A stretch of 64,000 nucleotides of DNA, taken from positions 704,001-768,000 of the forward strand of contig CAWFJP010000003.1 in NCBI GenBank assembly GCA_963816145.1, in the 5' to 3' direction. The position numbers and the translations under genes were made by a program. The notes beneath the pieces were generated by a model. The model was not told the origin of the DNA. It worked only from the letters and a program-made list of their open reading frames with translations, and did not search any database. This document shows, piece after piece, positions 41,264 through 51,000 of the stretch (positions are counted from its first letter, which is position 1; every line of letters starts with the position of its first letter). The DNA is from an uncultured delta proteobacterium. Lineage in GTDB: Bacteria > Desulfobacterota > Binatia > UBA9968.

Positions 41264-42250
41264 ATGACACAGATAAAATTCGGCGTCGGCATCTACGGCA
41301 CGGACAATGCCCGCGAAGCCATCGCGCTGGCGCGCACCGCCGAAGTACTTGGCTACGACCGATTCTGGATCGGCGATTCGCATATGATCTGGCGCGAGCT
41401 TTACGTCCTCGCCGGAGCGATTGCCATGGTGACGAAGAAACTCGCCATCGGTCCCGGCGTTACCCATCTGGCAGGGCGTCATATCACCGTCACCGCCAGT
41501 GCCATGGCAACCCTGCATGAATTGACCGGCGGCCGGGTGTTTTTCGGCTTTGGCGTCGGCGCTAGCGGGCCCGGCAATATCGGCATGAAACGAGCTAGCG
41601 CAGAGGAGCTTGAAGAATATATCGAAATCGTGAAAAAACTCTGGCGCGGCGACAGCGTTACAATCGCCGGCAAAGAAGTCCGCTGTCTATTTCCCTGTGG
41701 CTCGATGCCGATCTTCATCGGCACCCGCGCGCCCCGAGTCATGAAGATGGCGTGTCGGATCGCCGACGGTATCATTCATGCCGGCGCCATCGATGGACTC
41801 GAAGAATTCGTCCGACGTTTTCGGAATTACGCTGTCGAAGCCGGCCGCGCGCCGGAATCGGTCCAGTTTATCTCCCGACTTCCCTGTGCCATCGACGCCG
41901 ACGCGGGCGCCGCTCGGGAACAGGTCAAAGGCGTCATCGCCCGCACCGCCATGACCCAACTCGGCCGCCTTTACGATCGCGGCCAATTGAATGACGAGCA
42001 CGATCGCCAAGCCGTCGAGCGCATGCGCCAAGAATACGATACCTACCATCACATGGACGCCGCCCATAGTTATCTAGTGCGCGACGAATGGGTCGAGCGC
42101 TTTGCCATCGCCGGCACGGCGGATCAGGTGAGAGCGCGGGTGCGTCGAATCGTCGCTGCCGGCGTCGACGAGCTGACGATCATCCCCCGCGGCGCTTCGA
42201 AACAGACCACACTAGAAACCTTTGCGCGGGAAGTTATGGAACAGCTCTGA
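41264..42250 (+). CDS. LLM-class flavin-dependent oxidoreductase (Mer-like)
   Basis: AEVLGYDRFWIGDSH, IGPGVT, ATLHELTGGRVFFGFGVG, FAIAGT. Confidence 0.9.
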   Translation: MTQIKFGVGIYGTDNAREAIALARTAEVLGYDRFWIGDSHMIWRELYVLAGAIAMVTKKLAIGPGVTHLAGRHITVTASAMATLHELTGGRVFFGFGVGASGPGNIGMKRASAEELEEYIEIVKKLWRGDSVTIAGKEVRCLFPCGSMPIFIGTRAPRVMKMACRIADGIIHAGAIDGLEEFVRRFRNYAVEAGRAPESVQFISRLPCAIDADAGAAREQVKGVIARTAMTQLGRLYDRGQLNDEHDRQAVERMRQEYDTYHHMDAAHSYLVRDEWVERFAIAGTADQVRARVRRIVAAGVDELTIIPRGASKQTTLETFAREVMEQL

Positions 42251-42311
42251 GCCGAATTGTTATCTCTCTCGGAGGTGCTGTACCCGCTCACATTCAGTCA
42301 AGCCCAAAGCC

Positions 42312-42386
42312 GTCATTCCCGTGAAAACGGGAATCCAGGCCCGAGTTCATCGGCACAACCTAGATTCCCGCCTGCGCGGGAATGAC
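42312..42386. repeat. REP-like doublet between convergent genes
   Basis: GTCATTCCCGTGAAAACGGGAATCCAG ... TAGATTCCCGCCTGCGCGGGAATGAC. Confidence 0.85.
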
Positions 42387-42490
42387 GAGGATGAACGAAT
42401 CGACTTCGACTCGACGATATCAGAATCGCGCAACTTCTGGCCTATGGGGTTAAGATCGACAATTGGTGTAGCTCTGATGGATCACACGGG

Positions 42491-44017
42491 CTATCCGGCG
42501 TCCGCCAAGATGATTTCTTTAAGTTTCACCTTGTTGACCTTGCCGACTTCGGTGTGTGGTAACGAATCGCGGAACTCAACCGACTTGGGAACTTTGTAGG
42601 CCGACAAGCGCTCCTTGCAGTAGCTGACCAGCTCGCCGCTTTGTATCTTGGCGCCTGGCTTGAGCACGATCACCGCCTTCAACGCCTCGCCCCACTGCGG
42701 ATCGGGCACGCCGATGACAGCGGCTTCGAGAATATCGGGATGGCTGTAAATCACGCTTTCGATCTCCAGCGGATAGATGCTGATGCCACCGCTCTTGACC
42801 ATGTCTTTCTTGCGGCCCGACACGTACAGATAACCCTCTTCGTCGAAGTAGCCGAGATCGCCGGTGTAAAACCAGCCGTCGCGAAATGATGCGTTGGTCG
42901 CTTCGGGATTTTTATAATAGCCATGGGTCGCCAGCGGGCTTTGGCAGATGATCTCGCCGACTTCGCCGACTTTAACCGGCTTGCCGGCATCATCGACGAT
43001 GCGCAAGTCGACGCACCAAACCGGCCGCCCCGCCGAGTTCGCCTTGGACGCCGCGTCGCCAGGTTTCGAGATCGCCATCTGGCCGGAATCGGTCGACGCG
43101 TAGGTCCGGTAGATATTCGGCGTCAAATTCCTTTGCAGCGACTCGAGCACGGCCGGATGCACCTTGCCGCCGGTGATCGCCAGACAGCGCAGCGAGCTGG
43201 TGTCGTACTTCTTGGTTTCGAGAACATGGAGCATGCGTTCGCACATCACCGGCACCGCGCCAACGTAGGTGACTTTCTCGCGCTCGATGGTTCTCAGTAC
43301 TTCCTCGGCATCGAAGCGCTCGTGCAGAATCATCGTGCCGCCGAAGTAAATGATCCCGAGGGTGAACGAACGCCCGGCGTTGAAGTAAATCGGCGACGAT
43401 AAAATCGCCTTGTCATGGGCGCCGAGACCTTTTTCGATGGCGTTGTTGATGCAGTGAAAAACAAAAGTCCGCTGCGTCGCTAGACAGCCCTTGGGAAAGC
43501 CAGTGGTACCAGAAGTCAGCATGACTGCGAACGGATCGTCTTCGCTGATTTCGACATCCGGCTCGTCTGCGTTCTGCCCATTGAGCAAGCGGCTGTAGCT
43601 CAAATCGGCCGACAGCGAGATCGCTGTGATCGAGCTGAGATTCTTTAACTCGTTGGCCCTGGCAAACTCCTCGACGCAGTCTTCCTGCAGAATGATGAAG
43701 CGCGGCTCCAGGGCGGCGACCACCGAACCAAGCTCCAGCGCCTTCCATTTGACATCGAGCGGGATCGCCAGCGCACCGATCTTGGCCGTGGCGAAAACGA
43801 TCTCAAGATGCTCGATGCGATTGCCCACCGACAACGCCACGCCGTCGCCGCGCTTGACGCCGACGGAAAGCAACCCATGCGCGAGCCGATTGACTCGTGC
43901 ATTGAGCTCGGCATAAGTGGTCTCGCGAAACCTGTCCCGCGCGGCGATCTTGAGCGGAAACTTCCAAGCGTTACGGCGCAAGCCGTCGCCCATTAACATT
44001 GGAATGCTGGTGCCCAT
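42491..44017 (-). CDS. Acyl-CoA synthetase / AMP-binding ligase
   Basis: LTSGTTGFPKG, WFYTGDLG, GRKKDMVKSGG, terminal GKVNK. Confidence 0.93.
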   Translation of the reverse strand: MGTSIPMLMGDGLRRNAWKFPLKIAARDRFRETTYAELNARVNRLAHGLLSVGVKRGDGVALSVGNRIEHLEIVFATAKIGALAIPLDVKWKALELGSVVAALEPRFIILQEDCVEEFARANELKNLSSITAISLSADLSYSRLLNGQNADEPDVEISEDDPFAVMLTSGTTGFPKGCLATQRTFVFHCINNAIEKGLGAHDKAILSSPIYFNAGRSFTLGIIYFGGTMILHERFDAEEVLRTIEREKVTYVGAVPVMCERMLHVLETKKYDTSSLRCLAITGGKVHPAVLESLQRNLTPNIYRTYASTDSGQMAISKPGDAASKANSAGRPVWCVDLRIVDDAGKPVKVGEVGEIICQSPLATHGYYKNPEATNASFRDGWFYTGDLGYFDEEGYLYVSGRKKDMVKSGGISIYPLEIESVIYSHPDILEAAVIGVPDPQWGEALKAVIVLKPGAKIQSGELVSYCKERLSAYKVPKSVEFRDSLPHTEVGKVNKVKLKEIILADAG

Positions 44018-44072
44018 GGTTCTTTATTGTTCAGCCTCACAGTACATGAGTCGATTAGGCTTTGTTTGGACG

Positions 44073-44156
44073 GGGCGTGAGGCTTGAGGCACGAGGCGTG
44101 AGTCAGAGATCGGATCAGATATCTTACTCGCGCCTCAAGCCTCGTGCCTCATGCCT
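44073..44156. repeat. GAGGC heptamer inverted repeat
   Basis: GGCGTGA GGCTTGA GGCACGA GGCGTGAGT ... ACTCGCGCC TCAAGCC TCGTGCC TCATGCC. Confidence 0.85.
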
Positions 44157-44970
44157 ATCTGCCCTTCCAATTCGCCGGCCGTTTTTCGACGAACGCGCGC
44201 GGCCCTTCCTTGGCGTCTTCGGTTTGCATGATCATGCTTTGCAAATCCGATTCGTAGCGAATCCCTTGTTCGAGCGGCATGTCCATACCTTTGTAGATCG
44301 CTTCCTTGATATAGCGCAGCGCCAGCGGCGCGCCTTTGAGAAATGACTGGGCCATTTTTTCGCCGGCAGGGATCAGATAATTGTATGGAACCAGTTGATT
44401 GACCAGGCCGATGCGGTAGCACTCCGCCGCGTCGTACAATTCGCCGGAAAGGCATATCTCCAGCGCTTTGGGCAAACCGACCAAGCGCGGCAAGCGCTGC
44501 GTGCCCCCTGAACCCGACATAAACCCGAGCCGAACTTCGCTTACGCCGAGTCTCGCGCCTTCGGCCGCGATGCGAATGTCGCAAGCCAAGCTCATCAACA
44601 GCCCGGTGCCTACGGTGTAGCCATGCAATAACGCGATGGTGATCTTGTTCATCGCCGCAATCGCCGGCGCCGGCGTGCCGGGGATCGCATTGTGCTTCTC
44701 CTGGCGCGCCATCAGCGGCGACGCCGGCTCCACCGTTCCGGCCTCATTGGCGCGCGCCCGGTCTTTGATATCGCCGCCGACCGAAAACGCCCGCTCGCCG
44801 TTGGCCTTGAAGATCACCACTTGAACGTCGGGATCCTCCTCGGCGGCGCGGCAATAACCGACAATCGACTTCACCATGTCGCGATTCACCGCGTTCAACG
44901 ACTCCGGCCGGTTAAGCGTGATCCAGGCAATCTTGTCTTTTACTTCATAGAGAATTTTTTCGTCTGCCAT
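44155..44970 (-). CDS. Enoyl-CoA hydratase/isomerase
   Basis: LNRPESLNA, GVSEVRLG, GGTQRLPRLVG, EDAKEGPRAF. Confidence 0.92.
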   Translation of the reverse strand: MADEKILYEVKDKIAWITLNRPESLNAVNRDMVKSIVGYCRAAEEDPDVQVVIFKANGERAFSVGGDIKDRARANEAGTVEPASPLMARQEKHNAIPGTPAPAIAAMNKITIALLHGYTVGTGLLMSLACDIRIAAEGARLGVSEVRLGFMSGSGGTQRLPRLVGLPKALEICLSGELYDAAECYRIGLVNQLVPYNYLIPAGEKMAQSFLKGAPLALRYIKEAIYKGMDMPLEQGIRYESDLQSMIMQTEDAKEGPRAFVEKRPANWKGR

Positions 44971-45030
44971 TGATTACCTCGATGTAGTTCATTGCTTAAA
45001 ATAATATTTGCCGATACTTCACACTACCTA

Positions 45031-45155
45031 GGCGTGAGGCATGAGGCATGAGGCCCGAGTAAGAAATCAGCGAGCGTCCCCCAACTGATGCCTATTGCCT
45101 GATGCCTATTGCCTCTCAGCCATTTTACTCAGGCCTCAAGCCTCGCGCCTCATGC
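45031..45155. repeat. GAGGC heptamer inverted repeat with a TGCCTA heptamer tract nested in its loop
   Basis: GGCGTGAGGCATGAGGCATGAGGCCCGAGT ... [TGATGCCTATTGCC]x2 ... ACTCAGGCCTCAAGCCTCGCGCCTCATGC. Confidence 0.8.
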
Positions 45156-45956
45156 TTATTTCCCCTTCCACACCGGCGCGCGTTTCTCGGCAAACGCCCG
45201 CGGCCCTTCTTTGCTGTCTTCCGTAGTTCCGACTAACGCGGATAGATCCGACTCCAAGCGAAATCCTTCGTCAATCGACAGCTGCACACCTTTGGTGATC
45301 GCTTCTTTGATAAACATCACCGACATCGGCGCGCCTTTGAGAATGCGATTGGCCAGGTCTTCCGCCGCCTTCATGACGTCGGCGGCTGGCACCGCGTGGT
45401 TGACCAGGCCCAGTTTCTCCGCTTCCGTGCCGCTCACCGTGTCGCCGGTCATACAGATTTCCAGCGCTTTCGCGACGCCCACGGTGCGCGCCAGACGCTG
45501 CGTCCCGCCGGCGCCAGGAATAATCCCGCGCTTCACTTCGGCAAGGCCCAACTTGGCGTCTTCCGCGGCGATGCGCATGTCGCAAGCTAAAGCGAACTCG
45601 AGTCCGCCGCCGACGCAGTAACCGCGGATGGCTGCAATCGTCGGTTTGGTGAGCGCCGCCACAGCGCGGCTCTGAGAGTTAATTGTAATGCCCGAAAGCT
45701 TGGCGGCGCGCCTTTCAATCGGCGACACAGCGCTCTCCGCCCGCTCTTTCAGATCCATGCCGGCCGAAAAAGCTTTGTCGCCAGCGCCGGTGAAAATCGC
45801 GATACGAATGCCGGGATCGTTTTCAATCTGCGCGCAGGCGTCGACCAACTCCTTCGCCATCAGTCGATTGACCGCGTTCATCGACTCGGGCCGGTTAAAC
45901 GTCACGTAGGCGATCTGATTGCGCACATCGAATAAGACATGTTCAAAAGCCATCAC
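45156..45956 (-). CDS. Enoyl-CoA hydratase/isomerase
   Basis: FSAGMDL, GYCVGGGLE, GLAEVKRG, GGTQRL. Confidence 0.92.
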   Translation of the reverse strand: MMAFEHVLFDVRNQIAYVTFNRPESMNAVNRLMAKELVDACAQIENDPGIRIAIFTGAGDKAFSAGMDLKERAESAVSPIERRAAKLSGITINSQSRAVAALTKPTIAAIRGYCVGGGLEFALACDMRIAAEDAKLGLAEVKRGIIPGAGGTQRLARTVGVAKALEICMTGDTVSGTEAEKLGLVNHAVPAADVMKAAEDLANRILKGAPMSVMFIKEAITKGVQLSIDEGFRLESDLSALVGTTEDSKEGPRAFAEKRAPVWKGK

Positions 45957-45972
45957 TGTTTCCTTTCCAATC

Positions 45973-46974
45973 TTAGCGTTTCGCTTTGCGCTCCTGGGCG
46001 AGCTGCTCCAGGAACGACAAATCCAACAGTTCGTTCACGTTTAGTTTCATCCCGACCAAATTTTTGTCGTTGGCCATCACGTTCTCCATGGCCTTGGCGG
46101 TGATAAGCGGCAGGCCGGGGGTAACCTGACTATAGGTTCGCCGGGTTTCTTCGAGTTCTTCGATGACATTCGAGCGATAGTATTCGCCGAGAAACTTATG
46201 CACTTGATCTTTGTTATTTTCATCGCGATAAAAATCCATGCCGTCCGCCAGCCCGCGCATGAAGTTCATAACCGTCTCTCTATCGGTTCGGATGAAGGAT
46301 CGCGTGGTCACCGGTCCTGCAACCGTGTACTCGAAATCCTCCTTGGAAAAATCGATAAACGTGGGGTAACCCGCTTTGCGCGCCTTTAAGGTGAACGGGG
46401 ATTGAAACAAGCTGGCTTGAACCTGTCCGGCGGTGAGCGCGGTCCATCGGTCGCCCTGGCCGCCAATGCCGACAATCTGCACGTCCTTCTCAGGATTGAG
46501 CCCAAGCCGTCGAACGGCCACCCGGGCGATGAAATCAGTGCTTGACCCGAGTTGGCTGACCCCGATTCGCTTTCCCTTGAGATCTTCGGGCCGTTTGATA
46601 GACGGATGCGCCGCCAAAATGTAGTCCAGACGATTACCTACTGCGCCGATAAATTGAAACTCCTTGGCGCCCTGTGCCCACGCCGCCACCACCGTCGAAG
46701 CGCCTTGCAATTGTAAAGGCAGAGCGCCGGATAGCGCCGCTTGGATTCCCATCAGCCCGCCGCGGATGTAGATCGGTTCTAGCTTCAGCCCGTGCTTTTC
46801 AAAGGACCCCGAACGATACGCAACCCAAAAGTAGCTCGAAGAACCGCCCAGTGGATAGCCGACTTTGATCTCTCTCAGAGGTTTGGCTTGAGCGAAAACG
46901 ATCGCCGGGAGCAGAATTAGTACCAAACAAATAACCATTCGTAACATCCGAGCAATTGGATTCATTAGCGGCAC
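45973..46974 (-). CDS. ABC substrate-binding protein, NMT1/SsuA-like
   Basis: Signal peptide, FEKHGL, DLKGKRIGVSQLGS. Exact start uncertain. Confidence 0.87.
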   Translation of the reverse strand: MPLMNPIARMLRMVICLVLILLPAIVFAQAKPLREIKVGYPLGGSSSYFWVAYRSGSFEKHGLKLEPIYIRGGLMGIQAALSGALPLQLQGASTVVAAWAQGAKEFQFIGAVGNRLDYILAAHPSIKRPEDLKGKRIGVSQLGSSTDFIARVAVRRLGLNPEKDVQIVGIGGQGDRWTALTAGQVQASLFQSPFTLKARKAGYPTFIDFSKEDFEYTVAGPVTTRSFIRTDRETVMNFMRGLADGMDFYRDENNKDQVHKFLGEYYRSNVIEELEETRRTYSQVTPGLPLITAKAMENVMANDKNLVGMKLNVNELLDLSFLEQLAQERKAKR

Positions 46975-47066
46975 CTCCGTTAGCTAACGTTGTTCACTAT
47001 GAAACCAAAAATTCTTTACCCCTGCACGCGGGCGATCGAACTCTGAGTCGAACTATTATTTCTGAC

Positions 47067-47096
47067 TATTGCCTAATGCCTGTTGCCTAGTGCCTA
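47067..47096. repeat. TGCCTA heptamer tract
   Basis: TATTGCC TAATGCC TGTTGCC TAGTGCC TATT. Confidence 0.75.
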
Positions 47097-47099
47097 TTC

Positions 47100-48143
47100 T
47101 CATCTGATCAGCTTACTCGCCCGCGCGAGCACGTCCGGCGGAATCGTCAGACCGATCTGCTTCGCGGTTTTGAGATTGATCACGAACTCAAACTTCGTCG
47201 GTTGCTCGACGGGCAGCTCGGCAGGCTTGGCACCCTTCAGGATCTTGTCCACGTAGGTGGCGGCACGGCGAAACTGCTCGGAAAAATCCGGCGCATATGA
47301 CATGAGCCCGCCGGCTTCCACTGTCTCCGGGTTCGTATAAATCGCCGGTAGCCGGTTTTTTGCGACGAATTGTAAGATCCGTGCTCGATTAGTATTGATG
47401 ACTGGTTGTGGTGCTGTAATGAGACCATGAGCCCCTTCCCTTACTGCTGCAGCGAATGCGCCATCGAAATCATTGAGACTACGTACTTCTAAGTATTGAA
47501 TGTGTAACCCGAGTCCGTGTGCTGCTGTTTCCATTTCTTTCAAAAGGATCGAACTGCTTTCACCCGACGGGTTGAAAAGGAAAGCCACCCGAGTGATCTT
47601 GGGAGAGGTCTCCTTGAGTAGTTCCAGCCGCTTCCCGCCTAGCTCCGGAGCAAGAACAGTCAGCCCGGTAAGGTTTCCACCCGGCCGCGCCAGGCTGTCG
47701 ACAATTCCCTGCGCGACCGGGTCGGCAATGGCAGCAAAGACGATTGGGATCGTCTTGGTCGCGTTCTTCGCGGCCGAGGCGTTAGGGGTAGTAACGATAA
47801 TATCAACCTTGAGACTGACCAGCTCGGCGGCGAGCTCAGGTAGCCAATCGCTCTTTCCGTCCGCAAATCGATACTCAATGGCAATGGTTTTGCCCTCTAC
47901 ATAACCTAACTCACGCAAACCCTGCCGGAATGTCTCGATCCGCGCGGAGTGGAAAGAAGCGGAGCTTGCTCCTAAAAAACCTATCCGCGGGACTTTCTTC
48001 GACTGCTGCGCCTCGGCCCTCGCCCCGACCAACGTGAGCGCGAGGACGATTGCAAAAAGCCCCGCCCATTTTCGATTTTCGATTTTAGATTTTAGATTGT
48101 CGGACCAAGAATCGGAAACTCGCTTCGAAGAAATTAGCTTCAT
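47100..48143 (-). CDS. ABC transporter substrate-binding protein (ABC_sub_bind/DUF534-like)
   Basis: VPRIGFL, GLRELGYVEG, SLARPGGNLTG, GKRLELLKE, GGLMSY, LPVEQPTKFEFVINLKTA. Confidence 0.92.
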   Translation of the reverse strand: MKLISSKRVSDSWSDNLKSKIENRKWAGLFAIVLALTLVGARAEAQQSKKVPRIGFLGASSASFHSARIETFRQGLRELGYVEGKTIAIEYRFADGKSDWLPELAAELVSLKVDIIVTTPNASAAKNATKTIPIVFAAIADPVAQGIVDSLARPGGNLTGLTVLAPELGGKRLELLKETSPKITRVAFLFNPSGESSSILLKEMETAAHGLGLHIQYLEVRSLNDFDGAFAAAVREGAHGLITAPQPVINTNRARILQFVAKNRLPAIYTNPETVEAGGLMSYAPDFSEQFRRAATYVDKILKGAKPAELPVEQPTKFEFVINLKTAKQIGLTIPPDVLARASKLIR

Positions 48144-48189
48144 ACGTCTTATCCCCTAATCCAAAATCCAAAATCGGCAATCCAAAATT
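48068..48189. repeat. GATTTT/AAAATC heptamer inverted repeat spanning the start codon of 47100-48143
   Basis: TTTTCGA TTTTCGA TTTTAGA TTTTAGATT ... AATCCAA AATCCAA AATCGGC AATCCAAAAT. Confidence 0.82.
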
Positions 48190-48192
48190 GTT

Positions 48193-48609
48193 CTAGGCCA
48201 GCTCAAAGCACGGCAGCTTGATCTCCGGATTGTGCGTCTGTTCGTAGCGCACCTTGACGCGATCGCCCATTTTGACCTTTTCCTTGTTGTCACCGAGCAG
48301 TCGGCTTTCGATGATGACGCCTTCGTCGAGAATTACGTTGATGTAGTAGATCGGCGCTTCTTCTTTGAACGCTGGGTTGCGCGGCACCCGCACCAGCGTG
48401 AAGCTGTGAATCTTGCCGGTGCCTTTGGCTTCGAAAAAGCTCACCTCGCCGAAACAGTCGACACAGGCGACCCGCGGGAAGAATTGCACCTTGCCGCAGC
48501 TGTTGCACTTTTGCAGCAGAAACTTGTTGTTGCGCGCCCCTTCCCAAAACGGCCGGTCGACGGGGTTGATCTTCGGTAAACTTTTTTGCGGTGCTCTTGC
48601 CTCGGCCAT
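48193..48609 (-). CDS. Zn-ribbon/OB-fold protein (DUF35 family)
   Basis: PFWEG, QKCNSCG, FPRVACVDC, GKIHSFT. Confidence 0.92.
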   Translation of the reverse strand: MAEARAPQKSLPKINPVDRPFWEGARNNKFLLQKCNSCGKVQFFPRVACVDCFGEVSFFEAKGTGKIHSFTLVRVPRNPAFKEEAPIYYINVILDEGVIIESRLLGDNKEKVKMGDRVKVRYEQTHNPEIKLPCFELA

Positions 48610-49760
48610 TACTTTCTCCTTTCCATGACCAGCGCACTGGTGGTTCCGAGATTGCGCCCGTAGTTGAGCCAGCCGATGCCGGTGACCAATGCCCGTTCGG
48701 CTTTCGCCACTTGATGGCCGTCGGCTTCGCCGCGCAGTTGGCGCAGCGCCTCGACGACATGGAGAAACCCTCCGGCGAGACCCGCCTGACCGACAGACAG
48801 TTCGCCGCCGCCGGTGTTGACCGGGAAGTCGCCCTTGTAGGTAAGATCGTGGGCGTCGACGAACTTGCCGCCGTCGCCTTTCTTGCAGTAACCGAAGTCC
48901 TCGATTTGAATCATCACCGCGATCGGATAATCGTCGTAGATTTCGAACAGGTCGATATCCTCGCGCTTCACCTCAGAGAATATCTTTTCACCCACCAGTT
49001 TCATGCCGAAAGTGGTTTTCTCCGGCAGCATATTAGCGACCTGATAGTGAACCTTTTCGGCGTCGGTGACGAGATAGACCATTTTGTCGGTTAGCTGCCT
49101 GGCCTTCTCCTCTGAAGCCAGGATGATGCATTCCGCGCCCGAGCAAGGCATGACGCAGTCGAACAAGCGCACTGGATCGGAGATCATTCGCGAGTTCAAA
49201 TAATCCTGCATCGACATTGGCTCGCGAAAAAGCGCCTGGGGATTGTTGATCGCGTTGAAACGCTGGGCCACGGCGATCTTGCCGACCTGTTCCAAAGTCG
49301 TGCCGAAGTTCTCCATGTGCAGCCGTTGGATCAGGGCCATTAATGAATTCGGCCCGCCGTAGCCGTAGACATCGACGAAGTTGCCGCGCTGATACTCCAA
49401 TTGCCGTTGGTGCGCGACGCTGCGGTCGAAGGAGTTGCCGGCCAGCAGCAAGGCTATATCGAGATGGCCGCATTCGATGGCGTCTGCCGCCCGGCTGACG
49501 GCACCGACGCCGCTGGCGCCGCCATAGTCGGCGTTCAAAACCCAATCCAACTCAAAGCCCAACTGTTCCGCCACATGGGGCGCCGTATCCGGACTCGCCT
49601 GCGTCGTGACCGATAAACCGTTGATGTCTTTCTTCTTGAGTCCGGTCTGATTGAGCGCCGCGCGGATCGCGATGGCGTACTGCCCAAGCAACGACTCCTC
49701 CGATTTGCGCGAATACTCCGTCGATCCATAGCCGACAAAACAAACTTTCTTACGTCTCAT
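48609..49760 (-). CDS. Thiolase-family protein, SCP2/lipid-transfer (non-canonical) type
   Basis: Start trimmed to MRRKKVCF. GGAS replaces the catalytic Cys. PVRLFDC, EIYDDY, PVNTGGGELS, EALRQLRGEA. Confidence 0.88.
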   Translation of the reverse strand: MRRKKVCFVGYGSTEYSRKSEESLLGQYAIAIRAALNQTGLKKKDINGLSVTTQASPDTAPHVAEQLGFELDWVLNADYGGASGVGAVSRAADAIECGHLDIALLLAGNSFDRSVAHQRQLEYQRGNFVDVYGYGGPNSLMALIQRLHMENFGTTLEQVGKIAVAQRFNAINNPQALFREPMSMQDYLNSRMISDPVRLFDCVMPCSGAECIILASEEKARQLTDKMVYLVTDAEKVHYQVANMLPEKTTFGMKLVGEKIFSEVKREDIDLFEIYDDYPIAVMIQIEDFGYCKKGDGGKFVDAHDLTYKGDFPVNTGGGELSVGQAGLAGGFLHVVEALRQLRGEADGHQVAKAERALVTGIGWLNYGRNLGTTSALVMERRK

Positions 49761-49787
49761 TCTTTGCTCGCTCCTTTCAGTCGCTTC

Positions 49788-49875
49788 GAGGCAATAGGCA
49801 TTAGGCAACAGGCATTAGTAAGACCGATCCGGTCCGAGATTCCTACTATTGCCTAGTGCCTGTTGCCTATTGCCT
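49788..49875. repeat. AGGCA/TGCCT heptamer inverted repeat overlapping an ACAD stop codon
   Basis: GAGGCAATAGGCATTAGGCAACAGGCATTAG ... CTATTGCCTAGTGCCTGTTGCCTATTGCCT. Confidence 0.85.
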
Positions 49876-50988
49876 TAAAAACCTCTCCCCCACCGCCCGA
49901 TTCATCTCTTCTTCGCGGCCGTAGAGTAGGCGCATCAAGCGCGCCTCGCGATAAAAACCTTCGAAGGGAAACTCTTTGCAGACGCCGTAACCGCCGTGAA
50001 TCTGAATCGCGCTGTCGGCGGCTTGGAACGCCATGCGCGCGGCGCGTTTCTTGGCTAATGCAGCCTCATCGAAATAGGGCAAATCGTTATCGGCGCGCCA
50101 GGCGGCTTCCAGGGTGAGCCAAGTCGTCGTGCGAATCTCGATGGACAGGTCGGCCAACATCCATTGAATCGCTTGGCGCTCAGCCAGCCGCCGGCCGAAG
50201 GTCACGCGATTCTTCGCGTGTTCAATAGACGCCGCCAGACAGCGCATGCCGATACCGAGAGAACGGGCTGCGATGCGCAGTTGCTCGGCGGCAATGATCG
50301 CACCCGCTTCATATTCATATCCGAGCAGTTGCTCGTTGGCGAGGCGGCAATGGCGCAACGAAAGCCGGGCCACGGTAGCGTCGGTGGTAAGATCGCCTTC
50401 ATCGACAATGTTGACTCCTGGCGCGTCGCGTTCGATCACGAAAAGTCCCAAACGCTGCGTGCCCTGCTCGCGCGCCGGAAATAGAAACAGATCGGCTCGG
50501 GGCGTGTACAGATCCATGCGCGAGTCTTGCAGGATCGCCCCTTCGGGCTCCTGGCGGTAAAGCGTGCGCAACTGGGACAAGCTGCCGGTCTTATGCGCCT
50601 CGTCGAAAGCTAAAGCCAGCGATAACTCGCCGGCGGCGAGCGCTTGGCCGTATTTGGTCTCGAACATGAAAGCCGGAATCGTCGCCGGCGCAAACGGCAA
50701 CACCGAGCGGCCAAACTCGCGGTGAATCAACACCTGGGCAATAGGCCCCATGGCCGGCCCGCCCATCGCTTCCGGCAGATCCAATGCCCACAGACCGACT
50801 TCGCGCGCCTTGTTGGTAAGCTCGGTGACGATCCCGGCATCGAGCTCGCGCCGCTCCGGCGCCCCCGGCGGCAAAAACGGCTGCGCTTGTTTCAAATACG
50901 CCCCTTCGCGGGCGATCAATTCCTTGTCAACGAATTGCGCAGCGGTCTCTTTGATCAGCTTTTCTTCGTCAGTCAGTTGTAAATCCAT
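49867..50988 (-). CDS. Acyl-CoA dehydrogenase-like protein (divergent, probably the non-catalytic subunit)
   Basis: ACAD C-terminus (RVTFGRRL, QAIQWMLAD, AIQIHGGYG) but a degenerate FAD-binding middle domain, and LLYG in place of IxEG. Confidence 0.85.
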   Translation of the reverse strand: MDLQLTDEEKLIKETAAQFVDKELIAREGAYLKQAQPFLPPGAPERRELDAGIVTELTNKAREVGLWALDLPEAMGGPAMGPIAQVLIHREFGRSVLPFAPATIPAFMFETKYGQALAAGELSLALAFDEAHKTGSLSQLRTLYRQEPEGAILQDSRMDLYTPRADLFLFPAREQGTQRLGLFVIERDAPGVNIVDEGDLTTDATVARLSLRHCRLANEQLLGYEYEAGAIIAAEQLRIAARSLGIGMRCLAASIEHAKNRVTFGRRLAERQAIQWMLADLSIEIRTTTWLTLEAAWRADNDLPYFDEAALAKKRAARMAFQAADSAIQIHGGYGVCKEFPFEGFYREARLMRLLYGREEEMNRAVGERFLRQ

Positions 50989-51000
50989 AAACGTTGCTCA

